Of a DNA stretch of 64,000 nucleotides, positions 20,619-29,968 are shown piece after piece (position 1 is the stretch's first letter; each line of letters starts with the position of its first letter). Position numbers and translations under genes: made by a program. The notes beneath the pieces were generated by a model. The model saw only the letters and a list, made by a program, of their open reading frames with translations. It was not told the origin of the DNA and searched no databases. Source of the DNA: an uncultured Spirochaetota bacterium (GTDB lineage Bacteria; Spirochaetota; Spirochaetia; SZUA-6; Fen-1364); assembly GCA_963745235.1 (NCBI GenBank), contig CAVUXE010000028.1:111449-175448 (forward strand). The letters run 5' to 3'.

Positions 20619-22001
20619 ATGAAGACAAAGGTTCTCATTGCGCTGCTCGGCTTTTTCGCTTTGGTCGTGAGTCCCGCTGCGTGGGCCGAGCAGAAGCCCG
20701 ACTCCGGCTCACCGGGAGGCATCTCGCTCGGCGGAGCGGTTTCCACGGATGACCGTGTATCCACGGAAACGGATCCCGAGCTTTCGTTTCAGGAGTATCG
20801 CCTGGAGCTTGCGGCGGATGCCAGACCTGCCGAGGCGGCAAAGTTCCATGCGGAGGCATGGATCCGCTCTCCCGGCCTCCTCCCCTCAGCAGTCTCGGGG
20901 ACTGACCTCTTCTCACCTGGCAGCGTTGCGCCAGTCGTGCTGGACCTTCGGGAAGCGTACTTCGAGCTGAACGGATTCATCTTTGACAATATCGATCTGA
21001 AGGTCGGCCGGCAGCGCATTGCGTGGGGAACGGCGGACAAGCTGAACGTCGTGGACAACGTGAACCCGATGGATCTCAGCGACCCGTGGGACTTCGGCAG
21101 GCGCCTCGGATCCGACGGCGCTCAGCTCAACGTGTACGCCGCAGGACTGCAGATCACGGCCCTTGCGGTGGCGCAATTCACTCCCGCTGTTCTTCCCGCG
21201 GGGCAATGGGCAACCGCCCTCCTGCCCTCCGCGGTGCAGGCGCCTCCCGGGCTGACCCTGGGCAGTGTCAGCTCGACCGCGACGCTCCCCGGTCTGTCCA
21301 TCGCAAACAGCCTCACCGCGGGACTGAGGGTCAAAGGCAATCTCCTGGGATACGACCTTTCCGTGTCCTATCTCTACGGCAGGCAAAGCCTGCCTGTCAT
21401 CGACAGCATCGTCATCACGTCACCCGGGTTGCCCGTCGTGAACGCTGTAACGGACCTGACCTATCCCAGGGAGCATATCTTCGGAGCGGACTTCGCGGGA
21501 TCCGTTCTCGGGATCGGGGTCTGGGCGGAAGCGGCGGTTTTTCTCCCGCAAGAGGTGACCTTGACCACGGACTCCAGCCAGCTTCCGGGCGGAGGGGTGG
21601 TCCAGTCTGCCGCGCTGTCCAGCACGCCGTACGTGAAGTTCGTGGCAGGAGGAGACTACACCTTCCCCGGCGATGTCTATCTCAACGGCCAGTACGTGCA
21701 TGGGCTTTTCCAGGAAGCGGGATCAGGACACCTGAACGACTATTTCTCGGTGGACCTCGAATGGCGCCTGTTCGACGAGAAGGTAAAGCTCACGCTGCTC
21801 AGCTTCATCTTCGAGGTGGAGGACTGGAGCGATATTCCGGACAACTACGCGATCCTGGCGGCCCCGTCCATCGGCATCCACCCCATGGACAACGCTGAGT
21901 TCGTGCTCGGCTTCCACTGGATCCAGGCCGCCAGCTCCACGGTGTTCTCGGCTCTGAGCGGCCGCAACGAGGTCTTCGCCCACGCCCGCTACAGTTTCTG
22001 A
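20619..22001 (+). CDS. Outer-membrane beta-barrel protein (DUF1302-like)
   Basis: Signal peptide, LREAYFE, KVGRQRIAWG, NPMDL, C-terminal RYSF. Confidence 0.75.
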   Translation: MKTKVLIALLGFFALVVSPAAWAEQKPDSGSPGGISLGGAVSTDDRVSTETDPELSFQEYRLELAADARPAEAAKFHAEAWIRSPGLLPSAVSGTDLFSPGSVAPVVLDLREAYFELNGFIFDNIDLKVGRQRIAWGTADKLNVVDNVNPMDLSDPWDFGRRLGSDGAQLNVYAAGLQITALAVAQFTPAVLPAGQWATALLPSAVQAPPGLTLGSVSSTATLPGLSIANSLTAGLRVKGNLLGYDLSVSYLYGRQSLPVIDSIVITSPGLPVVNAVTDLTYPREHIFGADFAGSVLGIGVWAEAAVFLPQEVTLTTDSSQLPGGGVVQSAALSSTPYVKFVAGGDYTFPGDVYLNGQYVHGLFQEAGSGHLNDYFSVDLEWRLFDEKVKLTLLSFIFEVEDWSDIPDNYAILAAPSIGIHPMDNAEFVLGFHWIQAASSTVFSALSGRNEVFAHARYSF

Positions 22002-22357
22002 TGGATAAGGCTATCAGGAAGTACAACGCCGATCTCCTTCGCGGAAGCACCGATGGCCTGCTCCTGCACGTGATCAACGAGCTGGGGGAAACCTACGCGT
22101 ACCGCATCATCAAGGAGCTCGATGCAAGAAGCGCCGGATACTTCCGATTCAGCGCGGGAACCACGTACCCGGCGTTGCACAGGCTGGAGGATCAGGGACT
22201 CATACACGGAGAGTGGAAAAAAATCGACCGCGGCGCCGCGCGGCGCTACTATACCATAACGGGTGCGGGGCAGGAGCTGCTGTGCAGAAAGCGTGTGATG
22301 TGGCGTGATTTTACGCGCGCCATGGCGCTTGTCATAGCCGTGAAAACGCTTCCATGA
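22001..22357 (+). CDS. PadR family regulator
   Basis: YAYRIIKEL, GTTYPALHRLEDQGLI, RRYYTITGAG. Confidence 0.92.
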   Translation: MDKAIRKYNADLLRGSTDGLLLHVINELGETYAYRIIKELDARSAGYFRFSAGTTYPALHRLEDQGLIHGEWKKIDRGAARRYYTITGAGQELLCRKRVMWRDFTRAMALVIAVKTLP

Positions 22358-22459
22358 CCCGCGCGCGCACTGATACTTGAAGTTGCAATTGCCGCCAAGG
22401 GAGGTGACTGAAGGCTGCCGACCCTGTGGCCACTACCCCTGCCGATTCAGAACCTTGGG

Positions 22460-25156
22460 CTACTGAGAAACAATAAGAGACGCATAGCTGCTCCACCAGG
22501 TGGCAGTCGTATATGTGGCAACGCTCGCGGCCGGAACCATGATAGTCGAAAGCCTGGCACAACCCGCGAACATCGCCCCTGAGTCAGAAGAAGGAGGGAC
22601 CAGGGGATTGAGGATGACGCTCGTCAGATTCCCACAGTTCCAGAAAGCTTCACTTCCGATGAAAGCTACCTTGCCAGGAATTGAGATGCCGCTCAGGCCG
22701 GTAGCTGCAAATGCCTGGTCACCGATGGATGAGACGCCGTTCCCCAGGGTTGCGGTGGTCAAACCAGAACAGCCTTGAAACGCACTCTGACCGACGGTTG
22801 CTACGCTGTCCGGCAATGACAAACTTGCCAGGTTCGCGCAGGCTCCAAAAGCGTACAACCCAAGAGAAGCTACCTTGCTGCCGATCGTTACGTTCGTCAA
22901 GCTCAGGCAGTCATAGAACGTCCAGTCAGGAATCGTAGTGAGGCCGTTCCCAATAGTCGCGTTTGCCAGGCTGATACAACCGTAGAATACGTTTGTCCCG
23001 AGGGAAAGGACACCGTCTGGGATCGACACGCTTGTCAGCCCAGAGCCCTGGAAAGCCGAGCCTCCAATGGAAAGCACGCTGTTGGGGATCGTTACATTCG
23101 TCAGCTTTGTGCAACCATAAAACGCATTTCCGCCTATGACCGTTACACTGCCCGGTATTGTCACGCTCGACAGGTTCTTGCAGCCGTTGAACAGATTGCC
23201 TCCCAACGAGCTCACGCTGCCGGGGAGAGAAACACTCGGCAGGACGACGCAATTCATGAACACGCCGTTGCCCAGAGCAGTCACGGTGCCTGGCAGATTC
23301 ACACTGTTCAGGCTCGCGCAACTGCTGAAAGCTCCGTCCCCAATGGAGGTGACCCCCGACGGGATTGTGACGCTCGTCAGGCCGGTCGCGGAGAATGCAT
23401 TTGTGCCAATTGATTTCACGCTGCCGGGTATCGTGACATTTGTCAGACTTGCGCAGCCCTCGAACATCGAATTACCGATTGAGACGACCCCGCTGGGAAT
23501 CTCAACGGATGTCAGTCGATAGCAGCCGTAGAAAAGCGAATCACCGAAAGAGGCTGAGCTGCCAAGAATCGTGACGCTGCTGAGTCCGGCGCAATTTGCA
23601 AATGCGCCATAACCCAGGGTCACAGTGCTTGCGGGCAACATTATACTTGCGAGATTTCCGCAGTTTTCGAAGGCTTGCTTCCCGATCGAGGTGATACCGT
23701 TCGGCACCGTGACGCTCGTCATTGCACAACCGTCGAATGCATAGTCACCGATGCTCGTGACCGGCGATCCTTCCCAGGTGGCCGGAATAATCACATTTCC
23801 GTCGGAGCCGGTGTAGGCTGTTACGCTGTAGGCTGTGTTTCCGTTGACAGGCGTGAAAACGAGGCCTGGCGTGTATGTCAACCAGATAGCGTAGAGAGTC
23901 ACATTCGCGTTGCCCATCATGAAGGTCTGACCGGGAGCATACCAGGTTCCGCCGCCGTTGGCTTGCGTGTTCCAATACGCGAAGTTGGAGCCAGGGCTCG
24001 TGAGGTAGCCGCTGTTGCCCGACACCGTGACCATCTGACCTTGTCCATAGAAATTTGGATCTGTAGGAGGCGTTCCTCCAGTGTTGCCGTTGCCATTGTA
24101 CATGACGCGGTACGCCGCGTTTACCGTCACGGTCGCCACAGCGGAAATCGCCGAGCCTTCAGCGAGCTTGAAGTAGTAGCTTCCTGCCACAGACGTGGCG
24201 TCCGCCGCCATGGTTATCACAGCCGCGTTGCCGGTCACGGCGGTTACCGAGGGCGTTATGCCGGTCGGCGCCGTTGTCGTGGCGGACCCGGCCGTCGAGG
24301 TGTACCAGGTAAAGGTGCCCGTGGTTCCAGCACTCACATTGGCGGTGCTCACCGCGAACGTGGCGGCTCCCGCAGTGCCGCTGATGATGGTTCCTGTTTG
24401 ACCAGCCAGGGTGACAGTCGGGGTCCCCGGCGAAGTCACTGTCACGGTCGCCACAGCGGAAATCGCCGAGCCTTCAGCGAGCTTGAAGTAGTAGCTTCCT
24501 GCCACAGACGTGGCGTCCGCCGCTATGGTTATCACAGCCGCGTTGCCGTTCACCACGGCTACCGAGGGCGTTATGCCGGTCGGCGCCGTTGTCGTGGCAG
24601 TCCCGGCCGTGGAGGTGTACCAGGTAAAGGTCCCTGTGGTTCCAGCACTGACGTCAGCAGTGGTCACCGCGAACGTGGCGGTTCCCGCAGTGCCGCTGGT
24701 GAGGGTTCCTGTTTGACCAGCCAGGGTGACAGTCGGTGTCCCTGCCGAGATCACCGTCACGGTCGCCACAGCGGAAACCGCCGAACCTTCAGCGAGCTTG
24801 AAGTAGTAGCTGCCCGCCACAGCCGTGGCGTCCGCCGCCATGGTTATCACCGCCGCGTTGCCGGTCACGGCGGTTACCGAGGGCGCTATGCCGGTCGGCG
24901 CCGTTGTCGTGGCAGTGCCGGCCATGGATGTGTACCAGGTAAAGACCCCTGTGGTTCCAGCACTGACATCAGCGGTGGTCACCGCGAACGTGGCGGCGCC
25001 TGCAGTGCCGCTGGTGATGGCTCCCGTTTGACCAGCCAGGGTGACAGTCGGAGAATTACCTGCGACGGTCGAGGTCCCCCCGCCTGGCACCGGGCATCCG
25101 GTGAAAATGAGAAGCGCGAGCAGCAGAGAAGCTCCAAAGGCGAGACCATTCTTCAT
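22460..25156 (-). CDS. BspA/TpLRR leucine-rich-repeat surface lipoprotein with three Thr/Ala-rich domains and an InlB B-repeat
   Basis: Lipobox LLIFTGC; 3x ~105 aa repeats; YNGNGNTGG...WNTQANGGG...VTLYAIW; many VTIPxxVTSIGxxAFxxC repeats. Start chosen at MKNG after GGAG. Confidence 0.9.
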   Translation of the reverse strand: MKNGLAFGASLLLALLIFTGCPVPGGGTSTVAGNSPTVTLAGQTGAITSGTAGAATFAVTTADVSAGTTGVFTWYTSMAGTATTTAPTGIAPSVTAVTGNAAVITMAADATAVAGSYYFKLAEGSAVSAVATVTVISAGTPTVTLAGQTGTLTSGTAGTATFAVTTADVSAGTTGTFTWYTSTAGTATTTAPTGITPSVAVVNGNAAVITIAADATSVAGSYYFKLAEGSAISAVATVTVTSPGTPTVTLAGQTGTIISGTAGAATFAVSTANVSAGTTGTFTWYTSTAGSATTTAPTGITPSVTAVTGNAAVITMAADATSVAGSYYFKLAEGSAISAVATVTVNAAYRVMYNGNGNTGGTPPTDPNFYGQGQMVTVSGNSGYLTSPGSNFAYWNTQANGGGTWYAPGQTFMMGNANVTLYAIWLTYTPGLVFTPVNGNTAYSVTAYTGSDGNVIIPATWEGSPVTSIGDYAFDGCAMTSVTVPNGITSIGKQAFENCGNLASIMLPASTVTLGYGAFANCAGLSSVTILGSSASFGDSLFYGCYRLTSVEIPSGVVSIGNSMFEGCASLTNVTIPGSVKSIGTNAFSATGLTSVTIPSGVTSIGDGAFSSCASLNSVNLPGTVTALGNGVFMNCVVLPSVSLPGSVSSLGGNLFNGCKNLSSVTIPGSVTVIGGNAFYGCTKLTNVTIPNSVLSIGGSAFQGSGLTSVSIPDGVLSLGTNVFYGCISLANATIGNGLTTIPDWTFYDCLSLTNVTIGSKVASLGLYAFGACANLASLSLPDSVATVGQSAFQGCSGLTTATLGNGVSSIGDQAFAATGLSGISIPGKVAFIGSEAFWNCGNLTSVILNPLVPPSSDSGAMFAGCARLSTIMVPAASVATYTTATWWSSYASLIVSQ
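24123..25051 (-). repeat. Three tandem 315-bp intragenic repeats
   Basis: Near-identical blocks with a 315-nt period (shadow ORFs at 24195, 24510, 24825). Confidence 0.95.
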
Positions 25157-25196
25157 GGACATTCTCTCCATCAACGGGCCCCCGTTCACACGGGGG

Positions 25197-25241
25197 CAAA
25201 AACAAAGCGGGATCGGTCCCCGCTTGTGCACCGATCCCGCT
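25197..25241 (-). terminator. Intrinsic terminator-like hairpin
   Basis: 12-bp stem AGCGGGATCGGT/ACCGATCCCGCT followed by TTGTTTTT on the minus strand. Confidence 0.7.
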
Positions 25242-25354
25242 CTCCACTTTCTCAATTATGCTTTTGCGACATGATGGGGCAGCAGGGGAAGGAACGACAA
25301 TCAGGTAGTTGCCTATTTTGATAGGGGAAACTCCCGACTGGGGCGCCGCCGCAG

Positions 25355-27025
25355 TCACCTGATGGCGGAATCGATTTTTGCGTCGATCAGGTAAGGCCCG
25401 CCGCTCGTGAAACCACGCAGCAGCGCGGCGGAGACATCAGCCGCTCGGGTGACCTGTTCGCCCGGCACACCGAGAGAGCGAGCCAGGGCAACGTGATCGA
25501 TGAGCGGTCGATCCAGATCCATTCCAACGAAGGTTTCATCGCATGCAGAGAAGCCTTTGAGGGAGAGCACGCGCTGCTTGAGAATGCGATAGCAGGCGTT
25601 GTTGAAGATGACAAAAACAACAGCAATTGAATCTCGCGCGGCAGTCCACAAGGCCTGGATTGTATACATCGCGCTGCCGTCTCCAAGGAGAGCAACAACC
25701 GGGCGTGCAGGGAGGGCAAGCTTGATCCCCATTGCGGCAGGAAGGCCCCACCCGATGCCCCCACCCCTCATCCCGAAGAGTGCTTTCGAGTCTGCGCAGG
25801 GAAAGAACTGGCGGATGCCTTCTACGGAAGAAAGGACCTCTTCGACGATCGTCACGTCCTTCGGGACGCCGCGCGCAACGGCCTGAACGAGACTGAGAGC
25901 GGAGATCGGGGTCAGGGCCGAATCCTTTGTCGCGCGCTTGTTCAGCTCTTCCAGCACTCGCCGGTGCTCCGCTCCGGCGGCCTCTCTTCGTCGAGCCGCG
26001 TCCGGATGGCCTTGCCTGGAGGTATGTCGGCGAAATGCCTCCGTGAGCTCCGGGAGAGTGACCTTTGGATCCCCCTGGAGCGCAACGGTCGCGGGATAGT
26101 TCTTGCCGAGCTCCCACGGGTCCTGATCGAGATGAACCACGACAAGCCCCGGGGGGAACGGGTCGATCTGGTCCGGCAGCGAAAGGGTGAAAAGGTCCGC
26201 TCCCACCGAGAACAGCAGGTCATGGCGGTCGAGCATCGCACGAATCTGCGGAGCAAGACGCGACATGGAGCCGGCGTACTGCGGGTGAGTGAACGGGAAT
26301 GCGCACGTTGAGGCCATGCACTCGTTGATCACCGCGCAGCCGACAAGCTCCGCAAGCTCCACAAGCTCAGCGAGCGCGTCACCATGGGCCACAACATCTC
26401 CCACCACAATGAGAGGGCGCTCGGCCCTGGCCAGGAGACGCGCAGCCTGATCGATTGCCGAGCGATCGGCGACCATCCCCGAGGCTATCCTTGTGGGACT
26501 CAACAGATCGTAGTCGCGCTCGCTGTTGAGCACGTCGACGGGAAGCGAGAGAAAGACCGGCCCTGTCGGATGAGCGAGGGCCGTTTTCGTGGCACGCCGC
26601 AGGAGACGTGGCAGATCCTCCGCCCTGCGGACCTCTCCCGACCACTTGACCAGCGGCTTGGCCAGCGGAGGAAGGTCGGCCCACACGACCGGCTCAGTGG
26701 CCGTGAACGACTGGTCGTGCTGGCCTGCCGTCAGGAGGAGCGGAGCCCCGGATTTCTGGGCGTTGTAGAGCATGCCCAGGGCGTTGCCGAGCCCGGGGGC
26801 GATGTGCACGCTCGCCACGGCGAGGCCGCCGCTCCCCAGCGCGAACCCGTCCGCCATTCCGACAGCCACTGACTCGTGAAGAGCCAGCACGTAACGGATG
26901 GAGGGCTCCCGGACAAGTGCGTCCATGAGCGGAAGCTCCGTGGTGCCAGGGTTGCCGAAAATGACCCCCACCCCTTCCTGTTTCAGGATCTCGAGGAATG
27001 CCTGCCTGCCGGTGGTTTGTGCCAT
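25355..27025 (-). CDS. Thiamine-diphosphate enzyme, benzoylformate decarboxylase-like
   Basis: FGNPGTTELP, LHESVAVGMADG, GGGIGWG, GDGSAMY...NN. Confidence 0.9.
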   Translation of the reverse strand: MAQTTGRQAFLEILKQEGVGVIFGNPGTTELPLMDALVREPSIRYVLALHESVAVGMADGFALGSGGLAVASVHIAPGLGNALGMLYNAQKSGAPLLLTAGQHDQSFTATEPVVWADLPPLAKPLVKWSGEVRRAEDLPRLLRRATKTALAHPTGPVFLSLPVDVLNSERDYDLLSPTRIASGMVADRSAIDQAARLLARAERPLIVVGDVVAHGDALAELVELAELVGCAVINECMASTCAFPFTHPQYAGSMSRLAPQIRAMLDRHDLLFSVGADLFTLSLPDQIDPFPPGLVVVHLDQDPWELGKNYPATVALQGDPKVTLPELTEAFRRHTSRQGHPDAARRREAAGAEHRRVLEELNKRATKDSALTPISALSLVQAVARGVPKDVTIVEEVLSSVEGIRQFFPCADSKALFGMRGGGIGWGLPAAMGIKLALPARPVVALLGDGSAMYTIQALWTAARDSIAVVFVIFNNACYRILKQRVLSLKGFSACDETFVGMDLDRPLIDHVALARSLGVPGEQVTRAADVSAALLRGFTSGGPYLIDAKIDSAIR

Positions 27026-27111
27026 GACTCCGTATGATATCCTACAGGAAGCTTTTTGTGAGGCCTGTCGAGGACGGGGTCATGCCCCGCGGTGTCCGGG
27101 AGCGCCGGCTT

Positions 27112-28038
27112 CTATGGATGCACTCTCAAGACGATGCGACCCCTCCCGTGCCTTGCCTGGCTCAGGTCCTGCGCTGCCCCCGCCTCAGCCAACGGGAAGA
27201 TCCTGCCGACTTCGGCGCGCAAGGTTCCCGCGGCCGCCATTTCACCAATCATCTTCAATTTCTCGGTTGGTCCGCGATTCGAATGGACAGCCTTCACCCC
27301 ACGTGCCCTGGCCTTTTCTTCCGAAACCTGGCCGGCCATGGTCACAAGCACGCCTCCCTTTCCGAGCAGTCCATAGGATCTTTCCAGGGTTTCCCCGCCG
27401 ACCGTGTCGATGACGACATCAGCATCCTTGATTTCCGCGTCAAGGGATCCCTTCGTATAGTCCACAAACCTCTCCGCCCCGATGGATTTCACGAACTCCT
27501 GGTTGGCAGCGGAAGCCGTTCCGGTCACGCGTGCCCCCTTCATGCGGGCGAATTGAACCGCAAAAAGCCCGACTCCTCCAGCCGCGCCCTGGACAACGAC
27601 GGTCTGTGCAGCCTTGATTCCGGCATCCTCGACCGTCTGCCAGGCCGTCAGCGCTCCAACGGGGAGGGTGGCAGCCAGCTCGAAGCTCACGCTATCCGGC
27701 TTGGCCGTGACATCACTGGCTGATGCAATTGCGTATTCAGCGTATGCGCCTTTTGCAACACCGAAGATGGCTTGTCCCTTTTTCAAGGTCCGCACTCCTG
27801 GACCGAGCTCTTCGATGGTGCCGGAGACATCGATGCCGGGGATGAAAGGGAGCTGGAGCGGCATGTAGTCCTTGAGGAAGCCGGCCCGCAACTTCCAATC
27901 GACGGGATTGACTCCAGCGAAATGCACCTTGATCAATACCTCGTTGGCCTTTGGCACGGGCCGGGGGATTGTTTCCAGGATCAGTTTTTCTGAACCGCCA
28001 TACTCATGAAAACGGATCACCCTCATTTGTTCAGACAT
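27112..28038 (-). CDS. NADP-dependent oxidoreductase (MDR/quinone reductase family)
   Basis: AGVNPVDWK, GAAGGVG, GRGRIVL; start MSEQMRV after AAGGAG. Confidence 0.9.
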   Translation of the reverse strand: MSEQMRVIRFHEYGGSEKLILETIPRPVPKANEVLIKVHFAGVNPVDWKLRAGFLKDYMPLQLPFIPGIDVSGTIEELGPGVRTLKKGQAIFGVAKGAYAEYAIASASDVTAKPDSVSFELAATLPVGALTAWQTVEDAGIKAAQTVVVQGAAGGVGLFAVQFARMKGARVTGTASAANQEFVKSIGAERFVDYTKGSLDAEIKDADVVIDTVGGETLERSYGLLGKGGVLVTMAGQVSEEKARARGVKAVHSNRGPTEKLKMIGEMAAAGTLRAEVGRIFPLAEAGAAQDLSQARHGRGRIVLRVHP

Positions 28039-28190
28039 ATGACACTCCTTCTTGAATCTTTTCACAAACGTAAGCAATGGATGCCCGAACGCCAACTCGG
28101 GACTCTCGTTCAAGCTGCCGTCGCCGCCGGGCTCGAGTATGCTGGCGGGCACGAATCGGTTTCGATATACTCCGATCTGGGAGGGGCAGC

Positions 28191-28828
28191 ATGAACCGAG
28201 TAGTCGTTGGGAAGGACGTAATCCCCTTCTCAATTACCTATAGTCCGAAGGCAAGGAGAAAGAGAATTGTCATAGCCCCGTCCGGGGTGAGAGTGGTCCT
28301 CCCTCATGGATCACAGGAGAAGGAAGCAACTGAGCTGATCGAAAGCTTGAAACACAGGGTCCATCGTGCCATGGAAAAAGTGTTGAAGCAGGATGAGAGG
28401 CTCAAGGGAGTTACGGACATCCACTATGTTTCGGGAACGAAAATACCCTTCCTGGGAAACGAGCTGCCTTTGCTTGTCTGCCCGGAACGGAGAAAGCGCT
28501 CTCGTCTTGAATACGATGGCCGCCTGATCGTGAGAGTCCCCGTTGGTTTGCCGTCTCAGGGTATGAATGCGGAGGTGAAAAGAAAGGTCGAAGGTTGGAT
28601 CAAGAAGGAAATGCATGGGGAAGCTGCGGGAGGAATCACGTCATAAACTTGAATTGGAAGCTTGCCCTGTTTCCACGGAAGGCCTTTGAGTACGTTGTTG
28701 CCCATGAAATGTGTCACATGCGGCACCTGGATCACTCGAAGGCGTTTTGGAAGCTTCTTTCCTCACTCATGCCCGGATATCAAGAGCAAAGAGATTGGCT
28801 GAAGTTCAGAGGGCACGGCTGTCCGTAG
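28191..28828 (+). pseudogene. M48/YgjP (DUF45) metallopeptidase-like gene with internal deletion and frameshift
   Basis: N-half ends at WIKKEM; WGSC...LNWKL...YVVAHEMCH...HSKAFW follows at once in another frame. Confidence 0.7.
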
Positions 28829-28885
28829 GAGGTCCCTCTCCCCAAGACTTGACCGGTGTCTTCATTGGCTCAATAATCGGGAAGT

Positions 28886-29644
28886 GTGAAGATCGAGAAT
28901 TGGATTGAGGCCAACGAGTCCAAGATCGATTCCGACCAATTGTTCAGCGAATGGGTAGAAATGCACTCCACTCACAACTATTGGAGGGAAGAACAAGCGT
29001 CCATAATCGTTCGAACCTTGGAATCGATCGACGTCGAACATCCAATCGTCATTGATCTCATATGTGGAGCCGGAGGGCTTTCCGAGTTTTTGCTGAAATG
29101 GCTTCCCAATGCCAGGATTATTGGGTTGGATGCCAACCCGTTTCTCCTCATGATATACAGAAATCATCTTGCGGAGTACAAGCACAGGTTTTCTCTTGTT
29201 CAAGGAGATGTCAGAGACGATCGAGCGATAAAGGGAGCAGGGACCTTCCACGCCGCGGTTTCCTTCACTTCTTTCCACAATCTCACCCGTCAAAGCATAC
29301 TGAAGGTTTATCACAATCTCCATGAGTCCCTTCCGAAGGGTGGGCTGTTTGTAACTGGTGACGTTACGACACTATCGGACACCTGGTTGGAGGGGCTTCA
29401 CCTATCCGCGAGGTCCGAGAAGCCTGTAATTCGGATGGTCGACTTCTGGCAACGAATAAAGGACAGATACGGCATTGCAGAAGAGATTGACGAAATGAAT
29501 GCACTCACTTCCATCAGGGATACCCCGGAACACGGGTACCCGCCATCCTTCTACGTCAACAGCTTGCGGTGGGCGGGATTCGGAATTGCCGATGTGGTTT
29601 TCCAGGCTGGAAACAGGATCGTGTATTGCGGGAAGAAAGTCTAG
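28886..29644 (+). CDS. Class I SAM-dependent methyltransferase
   Basis: VIDLICGAGG, IIGLDANP, QGDV, LPKGGLFVTGD. Confidence 0.8.
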   Translation: MKIENWIEANESKIDSDQLFSEWVEMHSTHNYWREEQASIIVRTLESIDVEHPIVIDLICGAGGLSEFLLKWLPNARIIGLDANPFLLMIYRNHLAEYKHRFSLVQGDVRDDRAIKGAGTFHAAVSFTSFHNLTRQSILKVYHNLHESLPKGGLFVTGDVTTLSDTWLEGLHLSARSEKPVIRMVDFWQRIKDRYGIAEEIDEMNALTSIRDTPEHGYPPSFYVNSLRWAGFGIADVVFQAGNRIVYCGKKV

Positions 29645-29658
29645 AAACAGATCCCCTT

Positions 29659-29862
29659 CTAGTTCTGCCGGAATCTCTTTCCCTGCCACTGTCGAAACGC
29701 AAGCCGCGCGAGCCGTTTCTCCGCCGCGCTTCCCTTCTTTTCGAAGAAGAGCACCTGCGCCTTGGCTTGTTCGTCGTTCGAAAAGGCTTGTTGAGCGTCT
29801 ACCACTTTTTCTGTTGGCTTTCCATTTTCAATCCAATAGACCGAACCACCAATCTTGGGCAT
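29659..29862 (-). CDS. Small hypothetical protein (67 aa)
   Basis: ATG at 29862 preceded by AGGAGG; MPKIGGSVYWIENGK... Confidence 0.5.
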   Translation of the reverse strand: MPKIGGSVYWIENGKPTEKVVDAQQAFSNDEQAKAQVLFFEKKGSAAEKRLARLAFRQWQGKRFRQN

Positions 29863-29922
29863 GTAGCAAAATCCTCCTGAACAGTTGAAGACATCACAAA
29901 TTGCGTTTGTTGTCAACCTGTC

Positions 29923-29950
29923 ATGAGTTGCTGTGTGATGAGTTGCTGTG
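29923..29950. repeat. 13-bp direct repeat x2, 15-bp period
   Basis: ATGAGTTGCTGTG at 29923 and 29938. Confidence 0.85.
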
Positions 29951-29968
29951 CCATGACGTGATGAGCAA

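Noticed and set aside
23675-25321. 548 aa Arg/Gly/His-rich repetitive ORF
   Set aside because: Antisense of the repeats in the LRR lipoprotein.
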